This document shows, in pieces, positions 28,758 through 36,956 of a stretch of DNA of 64,000 nucleotides. Source of the stretch: Candidatus Omnitrophota bacterium. GTDB lineage: Bacteria; Omnitrophota; Gorgyraeia; Zapsychrales; Fredricksoniimonadaceae. The notes under the pieces were generated by a model. The model ran no database searches, was not told the origin of the DNA, and was given only the letters and a program-made list of their open reading frames with translations. The translations under genes were made by a program, and so were the position numbers. The stretch is taken from NCBI GenBank assembly GCA_044225175.1, contig JBGAJA010000006.1:65049-129048 (forward strand), given 5' to 3'. Position 1 is the stretch's first letter; each line of letters begins with the position of its first letter.

Positions 28758-29467
28758 AAAGCATTTCGATTGTTATTCCAGCAAAAGATGAAGAGAAGCG
28801 TTTGCCGATTTTTCTTAAAACAGTGATTGAATTCTGTAATCGCTCTACACATTCCTATGAGATCATTATTGTTGATGATGGCAGCAAGGATGCTACAGCA
28901 TCTTTGGCACTAGAATTTCAAAAAGAGTTTTCTTCATTGAAGATCATTTCATTGGACCGCAATCACGGAAAAGGTTTTGCGGTCAAGCAAGGATTCTTGG
29001 CTTCCCATGGAGATATTGTTTTATTCTTAGATGCGGATGGTTCAACGTCACCTACGGAAATTGAGCGACATCTATATCTATTAGATCAAGAAAATGATGT
29101 GGTGATTGGATCAAGGGTTTTAAGGGATGGGCAATCTCAGGTTAAGAGTCGTTTTTATCGCAAGATTATGGGTCATGTGTTCAATTATTGTGTCTCATCT
29201 TTTTTGATCAAAGGAATCAAAGATACTCAATGTGGTTTTAAGATGTTTAAAAGTACAGCTGCGAAAAATATATTTCAGAAAGTTTATTTGGAAGGGTTTG
29301 GTTTTGATTTGGAAGTCCTATTCTTGGCGCAAAAGTTTCATTACCGCATTAAAGAAGTTCCCGTCAACTGGTCTCACGTGCAAGGAAGCAAGGTCAATAT
29401 TTGGAAAGATTCTTTACGAATGTTCTTCAATATTCTAGAAATCAAAAAATTACATAAAGATCTTTAG
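28754..29467 (+). CDS. GT2 dolichyl/polyprenyl-phosphate beta-glucosyltransferase-like protein
   Basis: ISIVIPA.DEE.RL, VDDGSKD, NHGKG.AVKQG, LDADGS, DTQCGFK, GFGFDLE. Confidence 0.9.
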   Translation: MKSISIVIPAKDEEKRLPIFLKTVIEFCNRSTHSYEIIIVDDGSKDATASLALEFQKEFSSLKIISLDRNHGKGFAVKQGFLASHGDIVLFLDADGSTSPTEIERHLYLLDQENDVVIGSRVLRDGQSQVKSRFYRKIMGHVFNYCVSSFLIKGIKDTQCGFKMFKSTAAKNIFQKVYLEGFGFDLEVLFLAQKFHYRIKEVPVNWSHVQGSKVNIWKDSLRMFFNILEIKKLHKDL

Positions 29468-30873
29468 TATGCTTTAGGGAGGCCTAGGGCATGGCGCATG
29501 TCCATCCACATGGCACGTGAAGAAGAACAGCTGTCTCCGTGGTAATTCATCAGATAATAGCGGAAGTGATAGTCGTTTTCTTGGTATCGAACCATAAATT
29601 TGACCCAGTCTTCCTTGGTCTTCGCATGCAAAGCTTCTTCTTTGGTCCAGAAACTAAACCAACCCATGCTCTCTTTAGGGTACACTGTAAAATATCCTCT
29701 TAAGAAGACGAATGCAAAGATGATCCCTGTTACTGTGACAATGATAAAGGTGGCTTGCCATCGCTGGGTTAGCATCCATAATCCATAAGCCAATAATAAG
29801 CATGAGAAGGGAAGGGCACTCACAGTTCTTAAATTGCTGGGGAGGCCCCCTTGAGTTAAAGCTGCCGGAATAATAGAAATCAATATATTAATAAATAAAA
29901 AAATAAGCCACCAATGATGCGCTCTTGTAGCTTTAAATTGAAAGATTAAGAACCCAACCAGACATAGAAGTCCTAGAATTTCAACCCAACTTAAAAGTCC
30001 AACGTGTTGGGTAGAATGTTCCCATGAGGGATCTCCCGTTACAAATAAATATTGAGGAGTAAAGTGGGAGAAATAATTCTTTAGGAAAATTTCGGACAAA
30101 TCATGAATGCTTTTGGTTTTTCCAATACTGTGAAGAAATTCTTCATTTGCGATTGAAATGCCTTTAAATCGTTCCTGTAAATTTCCAAACAAAGTACCGT
30201 GAATTAAAGGAATACAAGGGATGACCAAGGCCAAAACAAAGGCGATGAAATTCTTTTTATTAAGAGTTTTTATTTGGAATTGATAGATAAACAATGTGAT
30301 GAGAAATAAAGGAACCTGCATGCGAGCAGGAGGATAGACATACAATGCACACGCAAATAAAAGTCCCGCCCAGACTTTATCTAACACCTTTGGAGAACGA
30401 AGAAAGAAGAATAAGCCCCAAATGATAAATGTGGCACAAAAAGTAGATTCATATCCTATTCTAGAGAGATTCCAACACCACGGAGAAAGGCTTGCTATAA
30501 AAGCTCCTAAGAGACCGTATGAGGTCCCCAAGAGTAGACGTCCTACAAAGAATATGCCAATGACGGTTAAGACATTGAAAAAAGCCGTGAAGGCTCTGAG
30601 TTTATCAACGGTAGGTCCAAATATTTTGACCCATAGAGCAGCAGGATATGCGTACACAGGAGGTTTAGGAGTGCCGTAATGTTGTTCAAAGAATAAGGGA
30701 TGAGGGATGAGATGTGCATCAGTTCCCTGAGTTTCAAGGCATTGAATGCTGACTGCACCTGCCAATTCATCGACATTAAAACCATAAGGAACGTCATCTA
30801 ACCAACAGAAACGAAGGATGTTGATAACGATAATGGTAAGAATAATCAGTGCGCAAGAAATCTTTTTGATCAT
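29464..30873 (-). CDS. GT-C glycosyltransferase (ArnT-like)
   Basis: P.GFNVDE motif after TM1, KPPVYAY, SPW..LSR, many TM helices. Confidence 0.78.
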   Translation of the reverse strand: MIKKISCALIILTIIVINILRFCWLDDVPYGFNVDELAGAVSIQCLETQGTDAHLIPHPLFFEQHYGTPKPPVYAYPAALWVKIFGPTVDKLRAFTAFFNVLTVIGIFFVGRLLLGTSYGLLGAFIASLSPWCWNLSRIGYESTFCATFIIWGLFFFLRSPKVLDKVWAGLLFACALYVYPPARMQVPLFLITLFIYQFQIKTLNKKNFIAFVLALVIPCIPLIHGTLFGNLQERFKGISIANEEFLHSIGKTKSIHDLSEIFLKNYFSHFTPQYLFVTGDPSWEHSTQHVGLLSWVEILGLLCLVGFLIFQFKATRAHHWWLIFLFINILISIIPAALTQGGLPSNLRTVSALPFSCLLLAYGLWMLTQRWQATFIIVTVTGIIFAFVFLRGYFTVYPKESMGWFSFWTKEEALHAKTKEDWVKFMVRYQENDYHFRYYLMNYHGDSCSSSRAMWMDMRHALGLPKAY

Positions 30874-32285
30874 GTCTTTTTGGGTCGGTAAATATGTGTG
30901 CTATGTCCAAAAAAGCTTTCTGCAGTTTCCATGATAGTCTCTGATAGAGTTGGATGTGGGTGAATGGAAAGTTTTAAATCTTTCGCAACAGAACCCATTT
31001 CAATGGCAAGAACACCTTCCGCAATCATTTCTCCAGCTCCAACTCCAACAATTCCAACGCCTAAGATTCGTTCTGTTTGAGGATCAATGATGAGTTTGGT
31101 TAAACCATCTTGACGATCAAGCGTTAAAGCGCGTCCCGATGCTGCCCAGGGGAATTTAATTACTTTTACATCGCGGCCAGCCTTGAGAGCTTCACCTTCA
31201 GTTAAACCAGCCCAGGCAATTTCAGGATCGGTAAAGACTACAGCAGGGATAGCTTGTGGTTCAAAGGCAACCTTTTGACCGTTAATTGCTTCAACAGCAA
31301 CGCGGCCTTCGTGGGATGCTTTGTGAGCAAGCATTGGATCGCCTGCAATGTCACCAATAGCATAAATATTTTCATCTCCTGTGCGGCGTTGATCATTGAC
31401 TTCAACGAATCCGCGGGGAGTTACTTTAACTTTTGTATTTTCTAATCCTAAATTCTCGGAATTTGGTTTACGACCAATGGAAATGAGGACTTTGTTGTAT
31501 TCGCTTTTAAACTCTTTTCCTTCTTTGTCTTGGAAGGTGACGGCAATACCTTTAGCAGATTCTTCCATTTTTAAGACCTTTGTCTCAAGCATAATGCTTG
31601 CAAACATGCCGGTTACTCGTTTAGTTAAGACAGCAGCTAGATCAGCGTCTGCTCCAGCTAGTAAAGAAGGAAGCATTTCAACGACGGAGACCTTAGAGCC
31701 TAATTCATGATAGACAGTTCCAAGTTCCATGCCAATATAACCACCGCCAATAACAAGTAATGATTCAGGAACGGTTTCCATATCGAGTGCGCCAGTTGAA
31801 TCCCAAATGTGAGGTGATTTGGGAGCAGAAGGTAAAGTTGTTGGCCGGGACCCAGTTGCAAGAATTGCTTTATCAAAGCTAACGTCTTCACTTGTGCCAT
31901 CCATTTTCTTAACCTTAAGAGATGTAGAACTTGTAAAGGAAGCTTCACCTTGAATGTATTTGATTTTGCGTGCTTTAGCCAGTTGTCCTAATCCACCTGT
32001 CAACTTAGAAACAACGCTCTTTTTCCAATCGCGTAGTTTGTTAAAGTCCATCTTAGGTTCAGCATACTCAATACCAAAGTTCTTGGCATGTTTAGCCTCA
32101 GAGATAATTTTAGCTACGTGTAAGAAGGCTTTTGATGGGATGCATCCGCGATAAAGGCAGACGCCACCGGGATTGGTTTCTTTTTCAACGATGGTTACTT
32201 CCATGCCGATATCAGAGGCCAAGAATGCAGCGGAATACCCGCCAGGACCAGCGCCGATGACTACTAATTTGATTGGATTAGCCAT
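30870..32285 (-). CDS. lpdA: Dihydrolipoamide dehydrogenase (E3)
   Basis: GAGPGGY FAD motif, GGVCLYRGCIPSK redox disulfide, GGGYIG, HPHPTLSE; start at ATG 32285. Confidence 0.97.
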   Translation of the reverse strand: MANPIKLVVIGAGPGGYSAAFLASDIGMEVTIVEKETNPGGVCLYRGCIPSKAFLHVAKIISEAKHAKNFGIEYAEPKMDFNKLRDWKKSVVSKLTGGLGQLAKARKIKYIQGEASFTSSTSLKVKKMDGTSEDVSFDKAILATGSRPTTLPSAPKSPHIWDSTGALDMETVPESLLVIGGGYIGMELGTVYHELGSKVSVVEMLPSLLAGADADLAAVLTKRVTGMFASIMLETKVLKMEESAKGIAVTFQDKEGKEFKSEYNKVLISIGRKPNSENLGLENTKVKVTPRGFVEVNDQRRTGDENIYAIGDIAGDPMLAHKASHEGRVAVEAINGQKVAFEPQAIPAVVFTDPEIAWAGLTEGEALKAGRDVKVIKFPWAASGRALTLDRQDGLTKLIIDPQTERILGVGIVGVGAGEMIAEGVLAIEMGSVAKDLKLSIHPHPTLSETIMETAESFFGHSTHIYRPKKT

Positions 32286-33925
32286 TACAGTAAACCCTCC
32301 ACAGTAGAAGGTTGTTCTAAGGCTTGGGCAACCCAACGGATAAAGCGAGCGCCATCTGCGCCATCTACGATGCGATGGTCATAGGATAGTGATAAAGGAA
32401 GCATCATTTTTGGAACGAATGCCCCGTCCACAAATACAGGCTCCATGACACCACGAGAAACACCTAAAATGGCTACTTCAGGCCAGTTAACAATGGGAGT
32501 AAAGAAGCTTCCACCAATGCCGCCTAAGTTGGAGATGGTGAATGTGCCGCCTTGTAAATCTTCGATTGAAATCTTACGAGTTCTAGCTTTTTCAGCGACC
32601 GCAGTTAATGCGTCAGAGATTTCGTTAACGCTTAGGCGATCAACATTCTTAATAGTTGGAACAAGAAGCCCACGATCAGTATCAACGGCAACACCAATAT
32701 TAATAAAGTCTTTGTAAACGACTTCATTGGTTGTCATATCTACAGATGAATTGAATTGTGGGAATTTCTTTAAACCAACAGCAATAATTTTAATTAAATA
32801 AGCAGTAATTGAAAGTTTACGTGTAGAAGTTGAAGCTGCTTTACGGATCTTTTCAATTTCTGTGATATCCACTTTTTCACATTGGGTCACGTGTGGGATC
32901 ATGCTCCAGGCAGAGGAGAGATGTTCAGCTGTTTTGCGGCGAACATTGCTCATAGCTTCACGTTTAGATGTTCCCCATTTGTTAAAGTCTGGTAATGCAG
33001 GGATGGCAGGACCAACTGGGCCTTGACCACGAGACATATTTAAAGCTTTGGAGAATTTCTTAACATCATCAATGGAAATACGTCCGCCAGCGCCGCTTCC
33101 GGTCACTTGGCCTAAATCAATTCCAATTTCACGCGCAAATAAACGAACAGAGGGAGCAGCTGCCAGATTCTTTCGAACAGGAGGATGTCCTGTTGTGGTC
33201 ACAGGGGCAGCTTCAGCAGCTTTGACAGCTTGAGGAGTTGAAACTGATGCGGCCTTTTCAGCCGAAGGCTGACCAGCCTTTGGCTGGGGCTGAGGTTTCG
33301 CAGAAGCAGTTGCACCGGACAGAATTTTGAATACAGGTTGTCCAACCTTAATGACATCACCTGATTTGACTAAAATTTCTTTAATGACACCCGCTTCAGG
33401 GGATGGAACTTCCAAAACAGCTTTGTCGGTTTCAAGTTCAAGGATGTTTTGACCCTTTGTGATAGTGTCTTCAGCTTTGACTAAGACTTTTGTGACTGTT
33501 CCTTTATCGAGATTTTCACCAAGAGCAGGAAGTAAGAGATCTTTAACGGTAGCTGGGCCCGACGCTGCTGGTGCTTTTGCTTCGCTTGCAGGAGCTTCTT
33601 GTTGTGGGGCTGCAGGAGCAGCTTTGGGAGCTTCTGTTTTTGTTTGAGCTGCAGCAGGTGCAGCGGCGCCACCTCCGCCGGAGGCGGATCCGCCTTCGGC
33701 GGATAGATTGAAGACAGGTTGGCCAATCTTAATAACATCGCCTGCTTTGACCAGAATTTCGCTCACTGTTCCTTCTTGGTTAGAAGGAATCTCTACAACA
33801 GCTTTATCGGTTTCAAGTTCAAGGATGTTTTGACCTTTTTTCAAAGAGTCGCCAACCTTAACTAAAACCTTAGTTACTGTTCCTTGGGTAATGTTTTCAC
33901 CGATTTCGGGTAATTTTAATTCCAT
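32285..33925 (-). CDS. aceF: Pyruvate dehydrogenase E2 (two lipoyl domains)
   Basis: Two lipoyl domains with LETDKA, E3-binding domain (APSVR..G.GGRI), catalytic DHRIVDG. Confidence 0.96.
   Translation of the reverse strand: MELKLPEIGENITQGTVTKVLVKVGDSLKKGQNILELETDKAVVEIPSNQEGTVSEILVKAGDVIKIGQPVFNLSAEGGSASGGGGAAAPAAAQTKTEAPKAAPAAPQQEAPASEAKAPAASGPATVKDLLLPALGENLDKGTVTKVLVKAEDTITKGQNILELETDKAVLEVPSPEAGVIKEILVKSGDVIKVGQPVFKILSGATASAKPQPQPKAGQPSAEKAASVSTPQAVKAAEAAPVTTTGHPPVRKNLAAAPSVRLFAREIGIDLGQVTGSGAGGRISIDDVKKFSKALNMSRGQGPVGPAIPALPDFNKWGTSKREAMSNVRRKTAEHLSSAWSMIPHVTQCEKVDITEIEKIRKAASTSTRKLSITAYLIKIIAVGLKKFPQFNSSVDMTTNEVVYKDFINIGVAVDTDRGLLVPTIKNVDRLSVNEISDALTAVAEKARTRKISIEDLQGGTFTISNLGGIGGSFFTPIVNWPEVAILGVSRGVMEPVFVDGAFVPKMMLPLSLSYDHRIVDGADGARFIRWVAQALEQPSTVEGLL
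33258..33287. repeat. 30-bp double-hairpin palindromic element in frame in aceF linker
   Basis: TCAGCC-GAA-GGCTGA + CCAGCC-TTT-GGCTGG; encodes QPKAGQPSAE. Confidence 0.65.
33674..33703. repeat. 30-bp double-hairpin palindromic element in frame in aceF linker
   Basis: TCCGCC-GGA-GGCGGA + TCCGCC-TTC-GGCGGA; encodes SAEGGSASGG. Confidence 0.7.
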
Positions 33926-33933
33926 AAATTCCT

Positions 33934-36606
33934 TTATGATGTCATTGGATTCAATTTATCTGGATTGATCTTCAATTCTGTTTTAGCTTTTGATAATGAA
34001 TCTTGGGTAATTTTCTTGGCTGCAAATAAATCAACCAAAGTTGCCCACACAATATGTTTAGCATCCACTTCAAAGAAGTCGCGCAATGCTTCACGGCTCT
34101 CAGAACGGCCAAAGCCATCTGTTCCAAGAACAGTATAGGAAGCTGGCATCCATTGACGGATGGAGTCCGGCATGGCTTTTAAGTTGTCAGAGGCTGCAAT
34201 GAATACGCCTTCTTCGTTTTTAAGTAAAGTTGCCACATAAGGAGCCTTAGCATTCTTGGTTCCACGTAACATATTGTCACGCTCTGCATGTAGCGCATCG
34301 CGACGAAGTTCGTTGTAACTTGTAACTGACCAAACATCCGTTGCAACGTTATATTTTTCTTCCAAGATCTTTTGAGCTTCAAGAACTTGGTTCATGATGG
34401 CGCCACTTCCCATCAAATGAGCGCGCATTTCAGATTTCTTGGTTGATTTGCTAAAGCGATACATGCCTTTCAAGACGCCTTCTTTAACGCCTTGGGGCAT
34501 GACAGGCATAGCATAGTTTTCATTGCTAACACTTAAATAGTAGAAGATGCTTTCTTGCTTTTCATACATGCGATAAATACCGTCGCGGATGATTAAGGCG
34601 ATTTCAAAAGCAAAGGCAGGATCATAGCAGATCACATTGGGAACGGAAGAAAGAAGCATATGAGAATGACCATCTTGATGCTGTAAACCTTCTCCGTTTA
34701 ATGTGGTACGACCTGCTGTTCCGCCAACTAAGAATCCTTTGCAACGTAAATCAGCCGCTGCCCAGATTAAATCTCCAACGCGTTGAGGTCCAAACATGGA
34801 GTAATAAGTGTAGAAAGGAATCATATTGATATTGTGATTCGCATAAGCACAACCAGCAGCAATAAAGGAGGAGATAGCACCTGCTTCATTGATACCTTCT
34901 TCAAGGATTTGGCCGTCTTTTGCTTCTTTGTAATACATTAAACTTTCTGAATCCACAGGTTCATATAACTGACCTGCATGAGCATAAATACCAATTTGAC
35001 GGAATAAACCTTCCATACCAAATGTGCGCGCTTCATCAGGAATGATGGGAACAATTAACTTTCCAATTTTTTCATCGCGAAGCAACTTGGATAAGACGCG
35101 GACGTAAACCATGGTTGTGGATACGGCGCGTCCTTCAGTTCCTTTAAAAAACTCTTCAAATAATTCTTCTGAAGGAGTTGAAAGTGGTGTGGTTGTGGTG
35201 CTTCGTTGGGGTAAGTAACCGCCTAAAGCTTTACGGCGTTCTTGTAAGTATTTCATTTCTGGAGAATCATCGGCTGGACGATAGAAGGGGGTTTTGACAA
35301 CTTCAGCATCTGAAAGAGGAATATTAAAACGGGTGCGGAATTCTTTAAGTTCTTGTTCATTCATCTTCTTTTGCTGATGGGTAATATTTTTTCCTTCACC
35401 GCTTTCACCTAAACCATAACCTTTGACAGTTTTGGCTAAGATGACTGTTGGAGCACCTTTGTATTCAACGGCCGCTTTATAAGCAGCGTAAACTTTTTCA
35501 GGATCATGTCCACCGCGACGCATTTTTTGAATTTGTTCATCGGATAAATGTTTAACCATGTCTTGCAAGCGTGGATCATTGAAGAACTTTTCACGAACAT
35601 AGGAGCCAGAGGAGACGGTGTACTTTTGATATTCACCGTCTAAGACTTCTCCCATACGTTTAGCTAAATGACCTTCTGTATCTTTTTCTAATAAATCATC
35701 CCAATCATCACCCCAAACAACCTTGATAACGTTCCAACCAGCCCCGCGGAAAAGAGCTTCTAATTCTTGAATGATCTTTCCATTTCCACGAACAGGACCA
35801 TCTAAGCGTTGCAAGTTGCAGTTGATGACAAAAATAAGATTGTCTAATTTTTCACGAGAGGCCATGGTTAAGGCGCCTAAAGATTCTGGTTCATCGCTTT
35901 CACCATCACCCATGTAAACCCAAACTTTGTGATCATCTTTAGCTTTAAGACCACGATCTTCTAAATAACGTGTGAAGCGGGCTTGATAGATTCCCATAAT
36001 TGGAGCTAAACCCATTGAAACTGTAGGGAATTGCCAAAAGTTTGGCATAAGCCAAGGGTGTGGATAAGATGATAAGCCTTGAACAGGTTGAAGTTCGCGG
36101 CGAAAGTTCTTTAAGTTTTCTTCAGTTAATCGCCCTTCTACGAAAGCGCGGGCATATATCCCTGGAGAGGCGTGTCCCTGAAAATACACCAAATCTCCTG
36201 AAAAAGTGGTTGGACTTGCCCTAAAAAAGTGGTTAAAACCTATTTCATATAGGGTTGCAGAGGAGGCAAAGGTAGATATATGACCACCGATTCCATCCGT
36301 GTTTTTGTTCGCTTTGACAACCATGGCCATAGCATTCCAGCGAATAATACTCTTAATGCGGCGTTCTAACTCACGGTTTCCTGGAAAAGCAGGTTGTTTA
36401 TCTTTGGCGATTGTATTGATATAAGGGGTGTTTAATGTGAAAGGGAGTGTAACTCCGCTTTCTTGTGCTCTAATTTGAAGTTGTTGGAGAAGATATTGCA
36501 CACGGTCTGGGGTTCCGTTTGATAAGACATAGTCCAGTGAAGCTAACCATTCTTTTAACTCAATATCATCCATAACGTTTGGTTTTTTAACATTGGGTTC
36601 ATCCAT
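33934..36606 (-). CDS. aceE: Pyruvate dehydrogenase E1, homodimeric type
   Basis: GGHISTFAS, YPHPWLMP.FWQFPTVSMGL, TPP motif GDGESDEPE, GEGLQHQDG. Confidence 0.97.
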   Translation of the reverse strand: MDEPNVKKPNVMDDIELKEWLASLDYVLSNGTPDRVQYLLQQLQIRAQESGVTLPFTLNTPYINTIAKDKQPAFPGNRELERRIKSIIRWNAMAMVVKANKNTDGIGGHISTFASSATLYEIGFNHFFRASPTTFSGDLVYFQGHASPGIYARAFVEGRLTEENLKNFRRELQPVQGLSSYPHPWLMPNFWQFPTVSMGLAPIMGIYQARFTRYLEDRGLKAKDDHKVWVYMGDGESDEPESLGALTMASREKLDNLIFVINCNLQRLDGPVRGNGKIIQELEALFRGAGWNVIKVVWGDDWDDLLEKDTEGHLAKRMGEVLDGEYQKYTVSSGSYVREKFFNDPRLQDMVKHLSDEQIQKMRRGGHDPEKVYAAYKAAVEYKGAPTVILAKTVKGYGLGESGEGKNITHQQKKMNEQELKEFRTRFNIPLSDAEVVKTPFYRPADDSPEMKYLQERRKALGGYLPQRSTTTTPLSTPSEELFEEFFKGTEGRAVSTTMVYVRVLSKLLRDEKIGKLIVPIIPDEARTFGMEGLFRQIGIYAHAGQLYEPVDSESLMYYKEAKDGQILEEGINEAGAISSFIAAGCAYANHNINMIPFYTYYSMFGPQRVGDLIWAAADLRCKGFLVGGTAGRTTLNGEGLQHQDGHSHMLLSSVPNVICYDPAFAFEIALIIRDGIYRMYEKQESIFYYLSVSNENYAMPVMPQGVKEGVLKGMYRFSKSTKKSEMRAHLMGSGAIMNQVLEAQKILEEKYNVATDVWSVTSYNELRRDALHAERDNMLRGTKNAKAPYVATLLKNEEGVFIAASDNLKAMPDSIRQWMPASYTVLGTDGFGRSESREALRDFFEVDAKHIVWATLVDLFAAKKITQDSLSKAKTELKINPDKLNPMTS

Positions 36607-36719
36607 AACAATTTACTCCTGATATAGTTACATTGATTAAAAATCGGGGTATTCTAGTATGCAAATTTATGATTGGCAAGGGGAAAACCGTATTTCAAAG
36701 ATATTTTACTGTTATTTAT

Positions 36720-36749
36720 CGTAGAGACGCAAGATTTTGCGTCTCTACG
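36720..36749. repeat. REP-like palindrome, GTAG family; may also act as a hairpin downstream of tRNA-Leu
   Basis: CGTAGAGACGCAA-GATT-TTGCGTCTCTACG, perfect 13-bp stem. Confidence 0.8.
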
Positions 36750-36763
36750 GAATATTTTAATTA

Positions 36764-36848
36764 TGGTGCCCGAGGAGAGATTTGAACTCTCAAGGCTTTC
36801 GCCATACGCTTCTGAGACGTACGCGTATACCAATTCCGCCACCCGGGC
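36764..36848 (-). tRNA. tRNA-Leu (anticodon CAG)
   Basis: Reverse complement GCCCGGGTGGCGGAATTGGTATACGCGTACGTCT-CAG-AAGCGTATGGCGAAAGCCTTGAGAGTTCAAATCTCTCCTCGGGCACCA: acceptor stem, D-loop GG, long variable arm, TTCAAAT T-loop, encoded CCA. Confidence 0.96.
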
Positions 36849-36956
36849 AAACAAGGCGCTCAGTATAAAGCTCAAGCCTTTCCCTGTCAATGGTTCGACT
36901 GGAACATCCTAAACAGGTTAATTGGCATTAAGTATTTATATATTGTATACTTCTGC

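Noticed and set aside
36654-36912. ORF-track entries 36654..36890 (-) and 36673..36912 (+)
   Set aside because: They overlap tRNA-Leu and the REP palindrome; spurious translations.
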